A DNA stretch of 64,000 nt from Gemmatimonadales bacterium (GTDB lineage: Bacteria > Gemmatimonadota > Gemmatimonadetes > Gemmatimonadales > GWC2-71-9), in contig JBDIWC010000013.1 of assembly GCA_039794085.1 (NCBI GenBank), forward strand, positions 20,401 to 84,400, read 5' to 3'. This document shows, one piece after another, positions 1 to 8,606 of the stretch. The notes under the pieces are model-generated. The model worked only from the letters and a program-made list of their open reading frames with translations. It searched no databases and was not told the origin of the DNA. A program made the translations under genes and the position numbers. How positions within the stretch are numbered: the first letter of the stretch is position 1; the number at the start of each line of letters is the position of its first letter.

Positions 1-263
1 CGGGGCACGTCTCGCCCGCGGGTTGGTTGAGGACTTCTCGTGAACCGGAGACAGGACCTCGTCTGACGCGGTGGCGGTGACAGAGCAGCCTACGCATCCG
101 ACCGCAGGGTCCCGGTGACTGCGAGAGCCCCGCCGATCTGAGCGTCCGCTCAAGATCGGGCTCGGCGGGCTGCGCCAGCAGAGGGATACGAATCGTCGGG
201 GGTGGAACGCAATCCCCGACGTGGTGGAACAAGCCTCGAAGGGCAGCGCCATCCGCCCCCCCG

Positions 264-1316
264 TCACCCAAGCCACACGTCCCGGTGCTCCTCCACGAAT
301 GCGTCATCTGTCAAATCAGGATACAACCCCCGCACCCGGGCGATCCCCTCCGCCTGACCCGGCGACAACCGCTCCGCCGGATCCAGGCACCACGTCCCCC
401 GGAGCAAACCCTGACCCCGCAACACCTCGTGGATCCCCGGGATGCACCCCCGGAACCCGTGTGTCACGTCGAAGATCGCCCCGTTGGCCTCCGTGAGCCG
501 GGCGGCCAGTGTCATGAGAGACGGGGCAATGGTCCGCCCGCGGAGGCGATGGATCCGTCGCAGCAATTCCACCGCGCGCCGAGTCCAGCAGGCCCACTGG
601 CCCAGCAGCCCGCCCGCCATCCGGATCGTGGGCGCGTTCCCCACCTTCCACGGGGTCAGGAGATCGAGCACGATCTGATCGTCGTTCCCGGTGTAGAGCG
701 AAACCTCCCGGGCCCGGCCGCTCTCCGCCACCGCCCGGATCACGTCGAGGGTCCGGTACCGGTCAAACGGCGCCACCTTGATCGCCACCAGCCGGTCGAT
801 CTCCAGGAAACGCCGCCAGAAGCCAATACCCAGGGCCCGGCCCCCGACCGCCGGCTGCAGATAGAATCCGACCAGCGGGATCACCTCCGCCACCGCCGCC
901 GCATGCCGGAGGAGCCGAGCCTCGGTCCACTCCCCAAGTCCGCCCAGGGAGAGAAGCCCCGCGTCATAGCCCAGATCCCGCGCCACGCGGGACTCGGCCA
1001 GCGCCTGCGGCGTGCCGCCACAGATGCCCGCGATCAGCACCGGCCGCCGGCGCCCCTCGGTGGCGGTGAGGGCGGCGAGTTCCAGCACCGGCCGGTAGAG
1101 ACCCACCCGGGGATCGTGGATCCCGAACTGGGTGGTGTGCACCCCGACGGCCAGTCCTCCGGCACCGGCCGCGAGGTAATAGCGGGTGAGGCCCCGCTGG
1201 TACCGCTCGTCGAGACGGCGACGCCTGGTGAGCGCCAAGGGGTGGGCCGGGATCACCTGACCCGCGGCCAGAGTCCGGCGGAGGGCAGGGAGACTCAACA
1301 CAGTGCGGGAGACCAT
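264..1316 (-). CDS. Dihydrodipicolinate synthase (DapA/NAL aldolase) family protein
   Basis: VIPAHPLAL, GVHTTQF, FYLQ, Schiff-base lysine in VAIKVAPF, YTGNDD; start trimmed to ATG 1316 (MVSRTVLSL). Confidence 0.85.
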   Translation of the reverse strand: MVSRTVLSLPALRRTLAAGQVIPAHPLALTRRRRLDERYQRGLTRYYLAAGAGGLAVGVHTTQFGIHDPRVGLYRPVLELAALTATEGRRRPVLIAGICGGTPQALAESRVARDLGYDAGLLSLGGLGEWTEARLLRHAAAVAEVIPLVGFYLQPAVGGRALGIGFWRRFLEIDRLVAIKVAPFDRYRTLDVIRAVAESGRAREVSLYTGNDDQIVLDLLTPWKVGNAPTIRMAGGLLGQWACWTRRAVELLRRIHRLRGRTIAPSLMTLAARLTEANGAIFDVTHGFRGCIPGIHEVLRGQGLLRGTWCLDPAERLSPGQAEGIARVRGLYPDLTDDAFVEEHRDVWLG

Positions 1317-1745
1317 TGTTGGCTCTTCAGGGTTTCGGGTGGGGTGGGGAAATGGCCACAAAAGGCACAGAAGACTTGTGGCTGGCGTTGGGGGGGGAGG
1401 GGAGCCGCTCCGGCGGAGCATGGATCCATGCCAGAACCTGAAGAATGTCATTGTTCACAAGGCGCCGTCCCGGGTGTCGTAAGGGGATGCGCCGGGATCA
1501 CGTGACCCGCGGCCAGGGTGCGGCGAAGGGCAGGGAGACTCAACACAGAGAGCCACAAAAGGCACAGAAGACACAAGAGGCGCGCCGCATCGCGCGAAGG
1601 GACCCATCGGCGATATCAGTCTTGTGCCTTTTGTGCTTCTTGCGGTTGGCTTCGGGGGGGGAGGGGAGCCGCTCCGGCGGAGCATGGATCCATGCCAGAA
1701 CCTGAAGAACCTCATTCTTCAGAACGAGCCGTCGCGGGTGTCGTA
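1245..1745. repeat. Diverged tandem duplication of the epimerase-stop / spacer / DHDPS-start junction
   Basis: 1245-1303 matches 1491-1548; 1391-1481 matches 1657-1745 (ggagccgctccggcggagcatggatccatgccagaacctgaagaa present twice). Confidence 0.85.
1551..1647. repeat. REP-like palindrome built from 9-mer units
   Basis: agccacaaaaggcacagaagacacaag ... cttgtgccttttgtgcttcttgcggtt; shortened copy at 1355-1382. Confidence 0.75.
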
Positions 1746-2735
1746 GTGCGTCGGCTTCTCCAGCGACCGTCCCCCACCCCTCACCCACTCCGCCACCATC
1801 GTCACCATCTCGTCGAGTGAGGTCTCGAGGGGGCCGAAGAGCGCCGCAGCGGCCCGGGCATCGCTGAGGAGCGCCGTGGGCCCCTCCGTCCCCGTGAACA
1901 CCGGCGGCGTGCCGAGATGTTCGCCGAGACGCGCCGCGAGATCGCGGATCCGGAGGATGCCGGGCCCTGTCACGTTCAGGATCGTGGCCGGACTGGTGAC
2001 ATGCTCCAGGGCGCGGAGTGCGATCGCGTTGGCGTCCCGCTGCCAGATCAGATTGACATGGCCGGTGGTGAGATCGATCGGCTCCCGTGCCACGATGCGC
2101 TGGGCCAGATCGTGCAGGATCCCGTACCGGCACTCCACCGCATAGTTGAGCCGGAGGATCGCCATCGGAGTGCCCGACCGGACCGAGAGAAACTCCAGCA
2201 CCCGTTCCCGTCCCAGCGCCGACTGGGCATATTCCCCGACCGGACCGACCGGATCGCTCTCGCGGGGCGAGCCGCGGGACACCTCCCAGAAGGGGTAGAC
2301 ATTCCCGGTGGAGAAAACCACGATCCGCGAGGTGGGAAACCGCTCAGCGACATGCACCGCCGTCAGGACATTGGTGCCCCAGGTGCCGGGCTGGTCGCTC
2401 GCGGTGCCGAACTTCTGGCCGGCCATGAGGATGACGAGGGGCGCCTCGGGGAGATCGTGCACCGCCTGCCGATCGGTGAGGTCACACGCCACGGTGCGCA
2501 CCCCCGCGGCCTCCAGTTGTTCCCGGGTTTCCGGGTCGCGGAATCGGGCCACCCCCATCACTTTCCGCTCCATGCCGGCGGCATCGCTGGCTCGGCGCGC
2601 CAGGAGTGCCAGACTCGGACCCATCTTGCCCGAGGCACCCAGGACAAGGAGATCCCCGGGGAACCGGGCAAGGAAATCGATCACCGCGCCGGTGGGGCGG
2701 GAGAGTTGTTCGTCGAGGTCCGCTTCGGAGAGCAT
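1719..2735 (-). CDS. NAD-dependent epimerase/dehydratase family protein
   Basis: Rossmann LVLGASGKMG, FSTGNVY, YAQS motif; ATG 2735; same strand and directly upstream of the DHDPS-like gene. Confidence 0.85.
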   Translation of the reverse strand: MLSEADLDEQLSRPTGAVIDFLARFPGDLLVLGASGKMGPSLALLARRASDAAGMERKVMGVARFRDPETREQLEAAGVRTVACDLTDRQAVHDLPEAPLVILMAGQKFGTASDQPGTWGTNVLTAVHVAERFPTSRIVVFSTGNVYPFWEVSRGSPRESDPVGPVGEYAQSALGRERVLEFLSVRSGTPMAILRLNYAVECRYGILHDLAQRIVAREPIDLTTGHVNLIWQRDANAIALRALEHVTSPATILNVTGPGILRIRDLAARLGEHLGTPPVFTGTEGPTALLSDARAAAALFGPLETSLDEMVTMVAEWVRGGGRSLEKPTHYDTRDGSF

Positions 2736-2841
2736 GGTCCACCACCCGTGGGGAAGACATGGAGAATTACTGCGATCCGGACCATGAGGGCAAGGTGACG
2801 CCTTCCTTTCCCCACCTCCTCCGGCGCCCGCCGGACGGCTG

Positions 2842-2932
2842 GGTCCTGAAGCGGAGCGGCCGCACCGGGGACGAGGTGCTGGAGGAGCTGGCGGACACGG
2901 CGGTGGCCTGGATGCGGGAACGCGTCGATTGA
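2842..2932 (+). pseudogene. Orphan C-terminal remnant, probably of an alpha/beta hydrolase
   Basis: VLKRSGRTGDEVLEELADTAVAWMRERVD* has coding-like codon use but no upstream gene body. Confidence 0.5.
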
Positions 2933-2975
2933 TCCCACCTCCGTACAGCTCCGTGGGCCCTCGGGAGAAACAGCT

Positions 2976-3171
2976 GCTCACGCGAAGACGCGAAGCCGCG
3001 AAAAGGGGTGCATTGCCAGGTTCAGCGGGAACCCCATCACATCAGAAATGGGTGACCCCACCCACCGCCACCAATCATCACCAGCGGTCCCGGTGCAGAT
3101 GGTGGATCCTCCATGGTACCAGATCCTCTCGTCTTCTTCGCATCTTCGCGTCTTCGCGTCTTCGCGTGAGC
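2976..3171. repeat. REP-like inverted repeat of CTTCGCGT octamers
   Basis: gctcacgcgaagacgcgaagccgcgaa ... ttcgcgtcttcgcgtcttcgcgtgagc. Confidence 0.8.
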
Positions 3172-3219
3172 CTTTTCCCATCTCAACGCATTATTGGATG
3201 GGCGTTTACCATGGAGAGA

Positions 3220-3248
3220 TTGACTAAGTCTATAAACTAGACTAGGCT
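3220..3248 (+). promoter_or_regulatory. Sigma70 promoter with palindromic operator of TA operon 1
   Basis: TTGACT-17 nt-TAGGCT; overlapping palindromes gactaagtc and agtcta..tagact; GGGAGG RBS before 3277. Confidence 0.65.
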
Positions 3249-3276
3249 TAAAGGGACTGAACCAAGGGAGGTTCCC

Positions 3277-3507
3277 ATGACCGACGACTTCGTCAACATC
3301 CACGACGCCAAGACCCATCTCTCCCGGCTCATCGAACGGGTCCGGCAGGGGGCCACCATCACGCTGGCCAAGGCGGGCACACCGGTGGCCCGGATCGTTC
3401 CCCTCGAACCGGCCAGCCCCCGGACCCCCGGGGGCCATGAGTTCACCCTGGGGGAGGAGTTCTTCGAGCCGCTGCCCGAGTCCGAGCTCGAGGCGTGGTC
3501 GCAGTGA
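3277..3507 (+). CDS. Phd/YefM family antitoxin
   Basis: VNIHDAKTHLSRLIERV..GTPVARIVP; acidic C-terminus; GTGA overlap with the toxin. Confidence 0.9.
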   Translation: MTDDFVNIHDAKTHLSRLIERVRQGATITLAKAGTPVARIVPLEPASPRTPGGHEFTLGEEFFEPLPESELEAWSQ

Positions 3508-3890
3508 GGATCCTGCTCGACTCGCATGCCCTCATCTGGTGGCTCTCCGATGACGTCCGACTCTCTCCCGTGGCCCGGGCGCTGATTGCCGACGTGTCGA
3601 ACACGGTGCTCGTCAGCAGCGCCTCCGCCTGGGAACTCTCCACCAAGGTGCGTCTCGGCAAACTGACGGATGCGACCCACGTCATCCCCCGTCTTCCTGA
3701 CGTTCTCCTGGAGCGCGGCATGACGGAACTGCCGGTGACGGTGGCGCACGCGGTGGAATCCGACGCGCTACCCGGCCCCCACCGCGACCCCTTCGACCGG
3801 ATGCTCATTGCCCAGAGCCGCATCGAACAGGTACCCGTGGTGACGATCGACCCCGTCTTCCAGACCTATGCCGTGGACGTCATCTGGTAG
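3504..3890 (+). CDS. vapC: PIN-domain (VapC family) toxin
   Basis: ILLDSHALIW, SAASAWE, HRDPFDRMLIAQ, VTID. Confidence 0.9.
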   Translation: MRILLDSHALIWWLSDDVRLSPVARALIADVSNTVLVSSASAWELSTKVRLGKLTDATHVIPRLPDVLLERGMTELPVTVAHAVESDALPGPHRDPFDRMLIAQSRIEQVPVVTIDPVFQTYAVDVIW

Positions 3891-3962
3891 ACACACCACT
3901 CCGAAACGGGGCGGCCGTGGGTATCTTGCGTTGACGCGACCAGCTTCACGGAAAGGCCCACG

Positions 3963-4985
3963 GTGACGACCGACAACTCAGAGAGCGAAGGCTTCGAAGC
4001 CTTCAAGAACAGCTTCTCCTACGGATCGCGCACCGATCTCAACTTCAAGTTCCTGAAGCACCTCCCCGCCGAGGAGGCCGCACGGTTCTTCCAGGATCTC
4101 CTCTGGAAGCTTGGGGAGACCCTTGACGATGCGGACGCCACCCGCCTCATCGACCATGTCCGGGAGTGGCAGGGCCGAGGTTATGGACACTTTTCGGGAT
4201 TCACCTACGACGACGGACCCTTCACGCCGTTGTCCAAGCCGCTGTCCGAGTCCTGCCTCACCCTCCTCACCTCCACGGGGCACTTCGTGGCGGGCCACGA
4301 TCCCGAGCCGTTCGGCGTGAAGGAGATGACCCAGGAGGAGGCGATCGCCCGGATCGGCGATTTCCTCAAGGCGGCCCCCGACCTCTCCCCCATTCCGTTC
4401 GACACTCCGCCCGACCAGCTCCGGGTCCGCCACGGTGGCTACGACATCCGCGGCGTCCAGGCCGATCCGGCGGTGGCCCTCCCGCTCGCCCCTCTCCGCG
4501 AATTACAGCAGGACGGCACGATCGGATCCCTCACCGACGCGGCGTACTCCTTCGTGGGGGCCACGGCCCAGACCCGGCTTCTCACCCAGAGCGGGCCCGC
4601 GTGGGTCGAGATTCTCCGGCAACAGGACGTGGACGCGGCGCTGCTGGTTCCGGTCTGACCCGTCTGTCACGTGTCGGTCGGACACGTCGCGCGGTTGCTG
4701 GAAGAGGCGGGGATCGCCACCGTGATCGTGGCGGTGGAGGCGTTCCGGCTCCGCCTGGAGTCGATGTCGGTTCCCCGGCTCCTCGTCACCCCTCATCCGA
4801 TGGGCCGGCCCCTCGGTCCTCCCGGCGACCACGCCCGGCACCGGGAAGTCCTCCGGGCGGCGCTGGGGTTGTTGGGGAGGGAGGAGAGATCGGAGACGGC
4901 CGCCTACCGCCTCCTGCCTATGATTCCCAACGCGTTCCCGGCGTACACCTTTCGTAACACGGCGTCCGGCAGGTCGAGCCCGTAG
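3963..4985 (+). CDS. Glycine/sarcosine/betaine/D-proline reductase selenoprotein B-like protein, Sec at TGA 4656-4658
   Basis: ORFs 3963-4658 and 4671-4985 are in one frame, joined by GTC-TGA-CCC-GTC-TGT (V-U-P-V-C); GrdB-like LLTSTG, HGGYD, DAALLVP and ARLLEEAGIATV motifs flank the TGA. Confidence 0.85.
4659..4694 (+). promoter_or_regulatory. Candidate bacterial SECIS element
   Basis: Perfect 7-bp stem ACGTGTC (4669-4675)/GACACGT (4681-4687), loop GGTCG starting 17 nt after the UGA. Confidence 0.7.
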
Positions 4986-6100
4986 AGCTTCCAGAAGGCG
5001 TGATAACCGCGATAGTAGTCGAAGTAATCGTCCGCCGTCTCCAGGACCCGCCAATAGTAGGGATACTCCTCCGTCTCGAAGGCATCCTTGCCGAAGAGAA
5101 TCCGGTCCTGATACCGGAGGAAGAACTCCCGCGCCGCTCGGGGTTGCCGCCCGAGGTCATACAGCACCGCGCCGATTTCGGTGTACATGTTGGGAAAGGC
5201 ATCCAGCATCCGGCCCAGGCGGGCCAGGTCGTTGGCATGCCACCCCATGTGGGCAATCACGAAGGTCGTGCGCGGGTTCCTCCGGAGGAGATTGTCCCGC
5301 TCCGTCATCAGTTCCTCAAACGCGGGAAAGCTGTCCGGCGGGTAACGGCGGCGGGGGAAGAGGGCGAGCTCGAGCCACCGTTCGTTCCGGTTGTCGATCG
5401 GCTGCCAGAACTCCTGGGGGTCGCCGGTGTGGAGGAAGACGGGGACGCCAAGCCGGGCCGCCGCCGCCCAGACTGGATCGAGATCGGGATCGTCGATCCG
5501 GAGCCGGGTGCCGTCGGCCCGGTGCGTGGTCAAGCCGAGCGACTTCCCAATTTCCCCGATCCCGACGGCCCCGGCGGCAATGTCACTCTCCAGTTGCGCC
5601 ACCGCCCGATCGGACCATCCGGGGCCCACGTTCCGGAAGTCCACACCCGACAGTACCCGGACTCGGTCGCGCATGGTCGGGGAGTTCCGCACCAGGTCGA
5701 GCACCCGCCGCAGCCGCTCTCCCGAGAGGTTTTCGGCCACCACCATCATGCCGAGGTTCAGGCTGTCCATCGAGCGGCCCAGTGCCTCCAGCGATTCCGC
5801 GGAATTGACCAGGCCCCGGGGGTGACCGTGAAAATCGATGGCGGGAAACCGGGCGCGGGGCACGGGATGCTCCGGCACGACGAGCGTGGACCGGGGGCGG
5901 TAGTCCACAATACTCGGTGGCGGGAGCACCGGTGCCTGGCAGCGATGGGGCCGGATCTCGGTGGTTCCCGGCGGACAGGGCTGACCCGGTTCGACCTGGA
6001 TTTCCGGCGGTGATCCCCCACGTCCCTCCGGAGGTCCCTGCGCCACGCCGGGTGTCGCCACCGTCAGGATAGTGCCGAGAAGCAGCGGAATGATTCGCAT
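4904..6100 (-). CDS. Secreted amidohydrolase family protein (Amidohydro_2-like)
   Basis: Signal peptide; IDFHGH, GIGEI, VFLHTGD, VIAHMG, RILFGKD. Confidence 0.85.
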   Translation of the reverse strand: MRIIPLLLGTILTVATPGVAQGPPEGRGGSPPEIQVEPGQPCPPGTTEIRPHRCQAPVLPPPSIVDYRPRSTLVVPEHPVPRARFPAIDFHGHPRGLVNSAESLEALGRSMDSLNLGMMVVAENLSGERLRRVLDLVRNSPTMRDRVRVLSGVDFRNVGPGWSDRAVAQLESDIAAGAVGIGEIGKSLGLTTHRADGTRLRIDDPDLDPVWAAAARLGVPVFLHTGDPQEFWQPIDNRNERWLELALFPRRRYPPDSFPAFEELMTERDNLLRRNPRTTFVIAHMGWHANDLARLGRMLDAFPNMYTEIGAVLYDLGRQPRAAREFFLRYQDRILFGKDAFETEEYPYYWRVLETADDYFDYYRGYHAFWKLYGLDLPDAVLRKVYAGNALGIIGRRR

Positions 6101-6195
6101 GCCAGTCCCTTTCATCATGCTCGATCCCCGGGGCACACCTCCGCGGCTTCTCAGCCAAACCTACCGTGATCCCCATCGGACAGGTATCGCCGCGC

Positions 6196-6675
6196 CTACG
6201 GAGAACCCCGAAGCGTCGCTTCCGGGGTACGGCCGCATTCGCACGGAGGAGATCCCTTGTCGAAGATGACCCGCCAACGGCCGTCGGATTCCAATCGCCA
6301 GATCGAGGTGAAGGTCCCCAGCGATCTGCCGTTGGGGCCGCGGATTGGACCGGTGCTCAGCGCGAGGGTTCCCGAATCCAGCACCTCCACCGTCTCGGGG
6401 CGCCAGGAAAACGGGGCATCCCGCGCCGTGAAGAACCGCCTCCAGGCCGCGAGCACTTCGGCTTTGCCCCGCTGGATGGTCGTCGTGCCAAAGAACACAG
6501 CTTCTTCAGCAACGAGCAACGCGAATGCGGGAAAGTCGCGGGCTGCCATGGACGCGGCAAACGTGCTTTCGGCCGCGAATACCTGGCGCGCGGGATCAAC
6601 CGGGACCTGGGAGGCGGCGGGGTCAACCACTCGTATCAGGAGGAGAACCGTGATCAGTACAGTGTGAGCGCGCAT
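6196..6675 (-). CDS. Secreted NTF2-like (DUF4440/SnoaL-like) protein
   Basis: Signal peptide; FTSIWRLESDGRWRVIFD. Confidence 0.8.
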   Translation of the reverse strand: MRAHTVLITVLLLIRVVDPAASQVPVDPARQVFAAESTFAASMAARDFPAFALLVAEEAVFFGTTTIQRGKAEVLAAWRRFFTARDAPFSWRPETVEVLDSGTLALSTGPIRGPNGRSLGTFTSIWRLESDGRWRVIFDKGSPPCECGRTPEATLRGSP

Positions 6676-6839
6676 ATCACCCCCCCTTCCGTGCGGTTCT
6701 GGGCAGTGCAATATCGGTTGGGCCGGCAATGTATCCCCACGATCGGGCGGGTACAAGACGACTTCATCAAGACATGAAGCACGCGATCTCCACACGAGCG
6801 ACGCTCGGCGACACTGCCCCTCGGTCCTCCCGGACGAAA

Positions 6840-7658
6840 TTAGTGCGGTGCGGGGAGTTCCTCGTGCGACTGAACGTCCTTGATGAACGCATTGATCCGG
6901 CGAGCATCGCTCTCGCTCGACGAGATCATCCCGGGACCGGACAACCGGATCACTCGTGACCCGTTACGGCCGGTCACGAAGTGAACCTCCACACCGCTCA
7001 TGCTGAGCCCGGCGAGGTGCTCGCTGATGCGGCGCTCGACCGTGCTCTCGGGGACAGGAGCGCTGAACTCCAGCTCCATCGCAACCAGAGCAGCCTGAAT
7101 CGCCGGCCGCCGGACTCTTTCCTGGACGGGCTCCTGCACCACGGAGATCACGCCCTTAACCCCGGAAAGCACCCGGGCCCGAGCCTCGGCCTGCCGCGCG
7201 TCCGAGTGCGGCAGGACCAGAGCGAACTTCGAGGTCGGCGTGATGATCTTACGACCGTCCACGACCGCCTCGCCCGATTCGACGTACGCTTCCACCGTTT
7301 CGGTCCCGTCGGGATGCTTCCACGTCACCTCACCGAGCACGGTGAGGTGCTCCGGGTTGACCCATGGTATCCCTGCCAGCGTGGTGCGCGCGGTGGCTGG
7401 AGGCTCGGCGATCCGGCCGGAAATAATGTAAGCGAGCGTCTCCTCCTGAGCGACGGGAACGCTGCACGCAGCAGCCAGCACCAGTACTCCGGTCACGAAG
7501 CGAAGGGGGTGATGGAACAGCGATCGGGCAAAGCGTGGCGGTTGCACCCGCCGCTCCGCCCGCTGGCTATGCATGGCCTGATCGAGCCAGGCGCGCACGA
7601 GCGGGAATGAATCCACCGCAGGAATCGCACGGAGCGCATCGAAGTGCGGGGAAAGCAT
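6840..7658 (-). CDS. Putative anti-sigma factor (single TM, extracytoplasmic domain)
   Basis: Directly downstream of the ECF sigma; hydrophobic FVTGVLVLAAAC after about 50 aa. Confidence 0.55.
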   Translation of the reverse strand: MLSPHFDALRAIPAVDSFPLVRAWLDQAMHSQRAERRVQPPRFARSLFHHPLRFVTGVLVLAAACSVPVAQEETLAYIISGRIAEPPATARTTLAGIPWVNPEHLTVLGEVTWKHPDGTETVEAYVESGEAVVDGRKIITPTSKFALVLPHSDARQAEARARVLSGVKGVISVVQEPVQERVRRPAIQAALVAMELEFSAPVPESTVERRISEHLAGLSMSGVEVHFVTGRNGSRVIRLSGPGMISSSESDARRINAFIKDVQSHEELPAPH

Positions 7659-7671
7659 GGCGTCACCCCGC

Positions 7672-8259
7672 TCAGCACTCGTTGTTGATGGCGTCGAGGG
7701 TCTCATGATCCAGGGTCCTGTGGAGAGTTGAAAGATGAGCGTCCGGGTCCTGAACCCGGAGCATCGGCGGTCTGAGTAGGAGTTTTCTCAGCCGCGAGCG
7801 AGCCCGGCTGAGGCGGCTCTTCACGGCTGAGAGCGTCCTCTCTCCTTGAATTGCGGCGATCTCCTCGATCGAGAAGCCACCGAGTTCGAAGAGCAGAACC
7901 GCCGCACGCTCTCTTGGTGAGAGCGCGGCGAGCGCCGCGAGGAGCCAGAGCCGTTCTTCGCACCAGTCCGGGCGGTGAAACACTTCTGGGAACGGCTCCC
8001 CAGAGCGCTCCATCGGGACCAGACGCTTCCAGAAGCCACGTCGCGCGGCCGTGTGGAAGGTGCGGGTGAGGATCTGGAAGAGCCACGGACGGAATCGGGC
8101 AGGGTCCTGAAGCCGGTCGTACCCGTGAAGGGCTTTGAGGAGGGCGTCGTGTAGAACGTCCTCGGCCTCGGAAGGCGACCACCCGGCGCACAGCGCCCGA
8201 CAGTATCGTAGCGCGTCGGCGTAGCAGGGTTCGAGCGCGTCGGAGAAGGAGTTGGTCAT
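7672..8259 (-). CDS. ECF RNA polymerase sigma factor
   Basis: EAEDVLHDALLKA, FRPWLFQI (region 2); LSPRERAAV..FSIEEIA..AVKSRLSRAR (region 4). Confidence 0.92.
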   Translation of the reverse strand: MTNSFSDALEPCYADALRYCRALCAGWSPSEAEDVLHDALLKALHGYDRLQDPARFRPWLFQILTRTFHTAARRGFWKRLVPMERSGEPFPEVFHRPDWCEERLWLLAALAALSPRERAAVLLFELGGFSIEEIAAIQGERTLSAVKSRLSRARSRLRKLLLRPPMLRVQDPDAHLSTLHRTLDHETLDAINNEC

Positions 8260-8300
8260 GGAATCTGCCCAAGACAGCGGTTGCTGACCGGCGTCAAAGA

Positions 8301-8330
8301 TAAGACGCGAAACGGGACGGAAAAGTCGCA
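8301..8330 (-). promoter_or_regulatory. Candidate ECF autoregulatory promoter
   Basis: Minus strand TGCGACTT-N15-CGTCTTA about 40 nt upstream of the sigma start, resembling ECF -35/-10 motifs. Confidence 0.45.
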
Positions 8331-8606
8331 CGCGTACCGCGGACCAAGGCGGGGCCCCTCCCTCCGCTGGGCCAACCCTCGGAACGTCCGGTTCGGACCG
8401 ACGAACGCAGGAGCCGCGGAGTACGGGACCATCTCCAGAATGGAATGACCGTCCAGGAGAAGATGGGCAATGTCGTCGCTGAACAGGAAATACACAGTTT
8501 TGGTAGATCGCGGGAGATGATCAGGTCTCTTGCACCCCGGATCTGGCCCTGATCTGGTTCAGGCAGTATCATCAGTTGTAAGTTACCCAACAAAAAAGGC
8601 CCGCTG

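Noticed and set aside
4671..4985. Independent 104-aa gene
   Set aside because: No RBS; better explained as the post-Sec half of 3963-4985
8430..8600. AT-richer patch with short ORFs
   Set aside because: No recognisable protein; probably a divergent promoter region or an unidentifiable remnant
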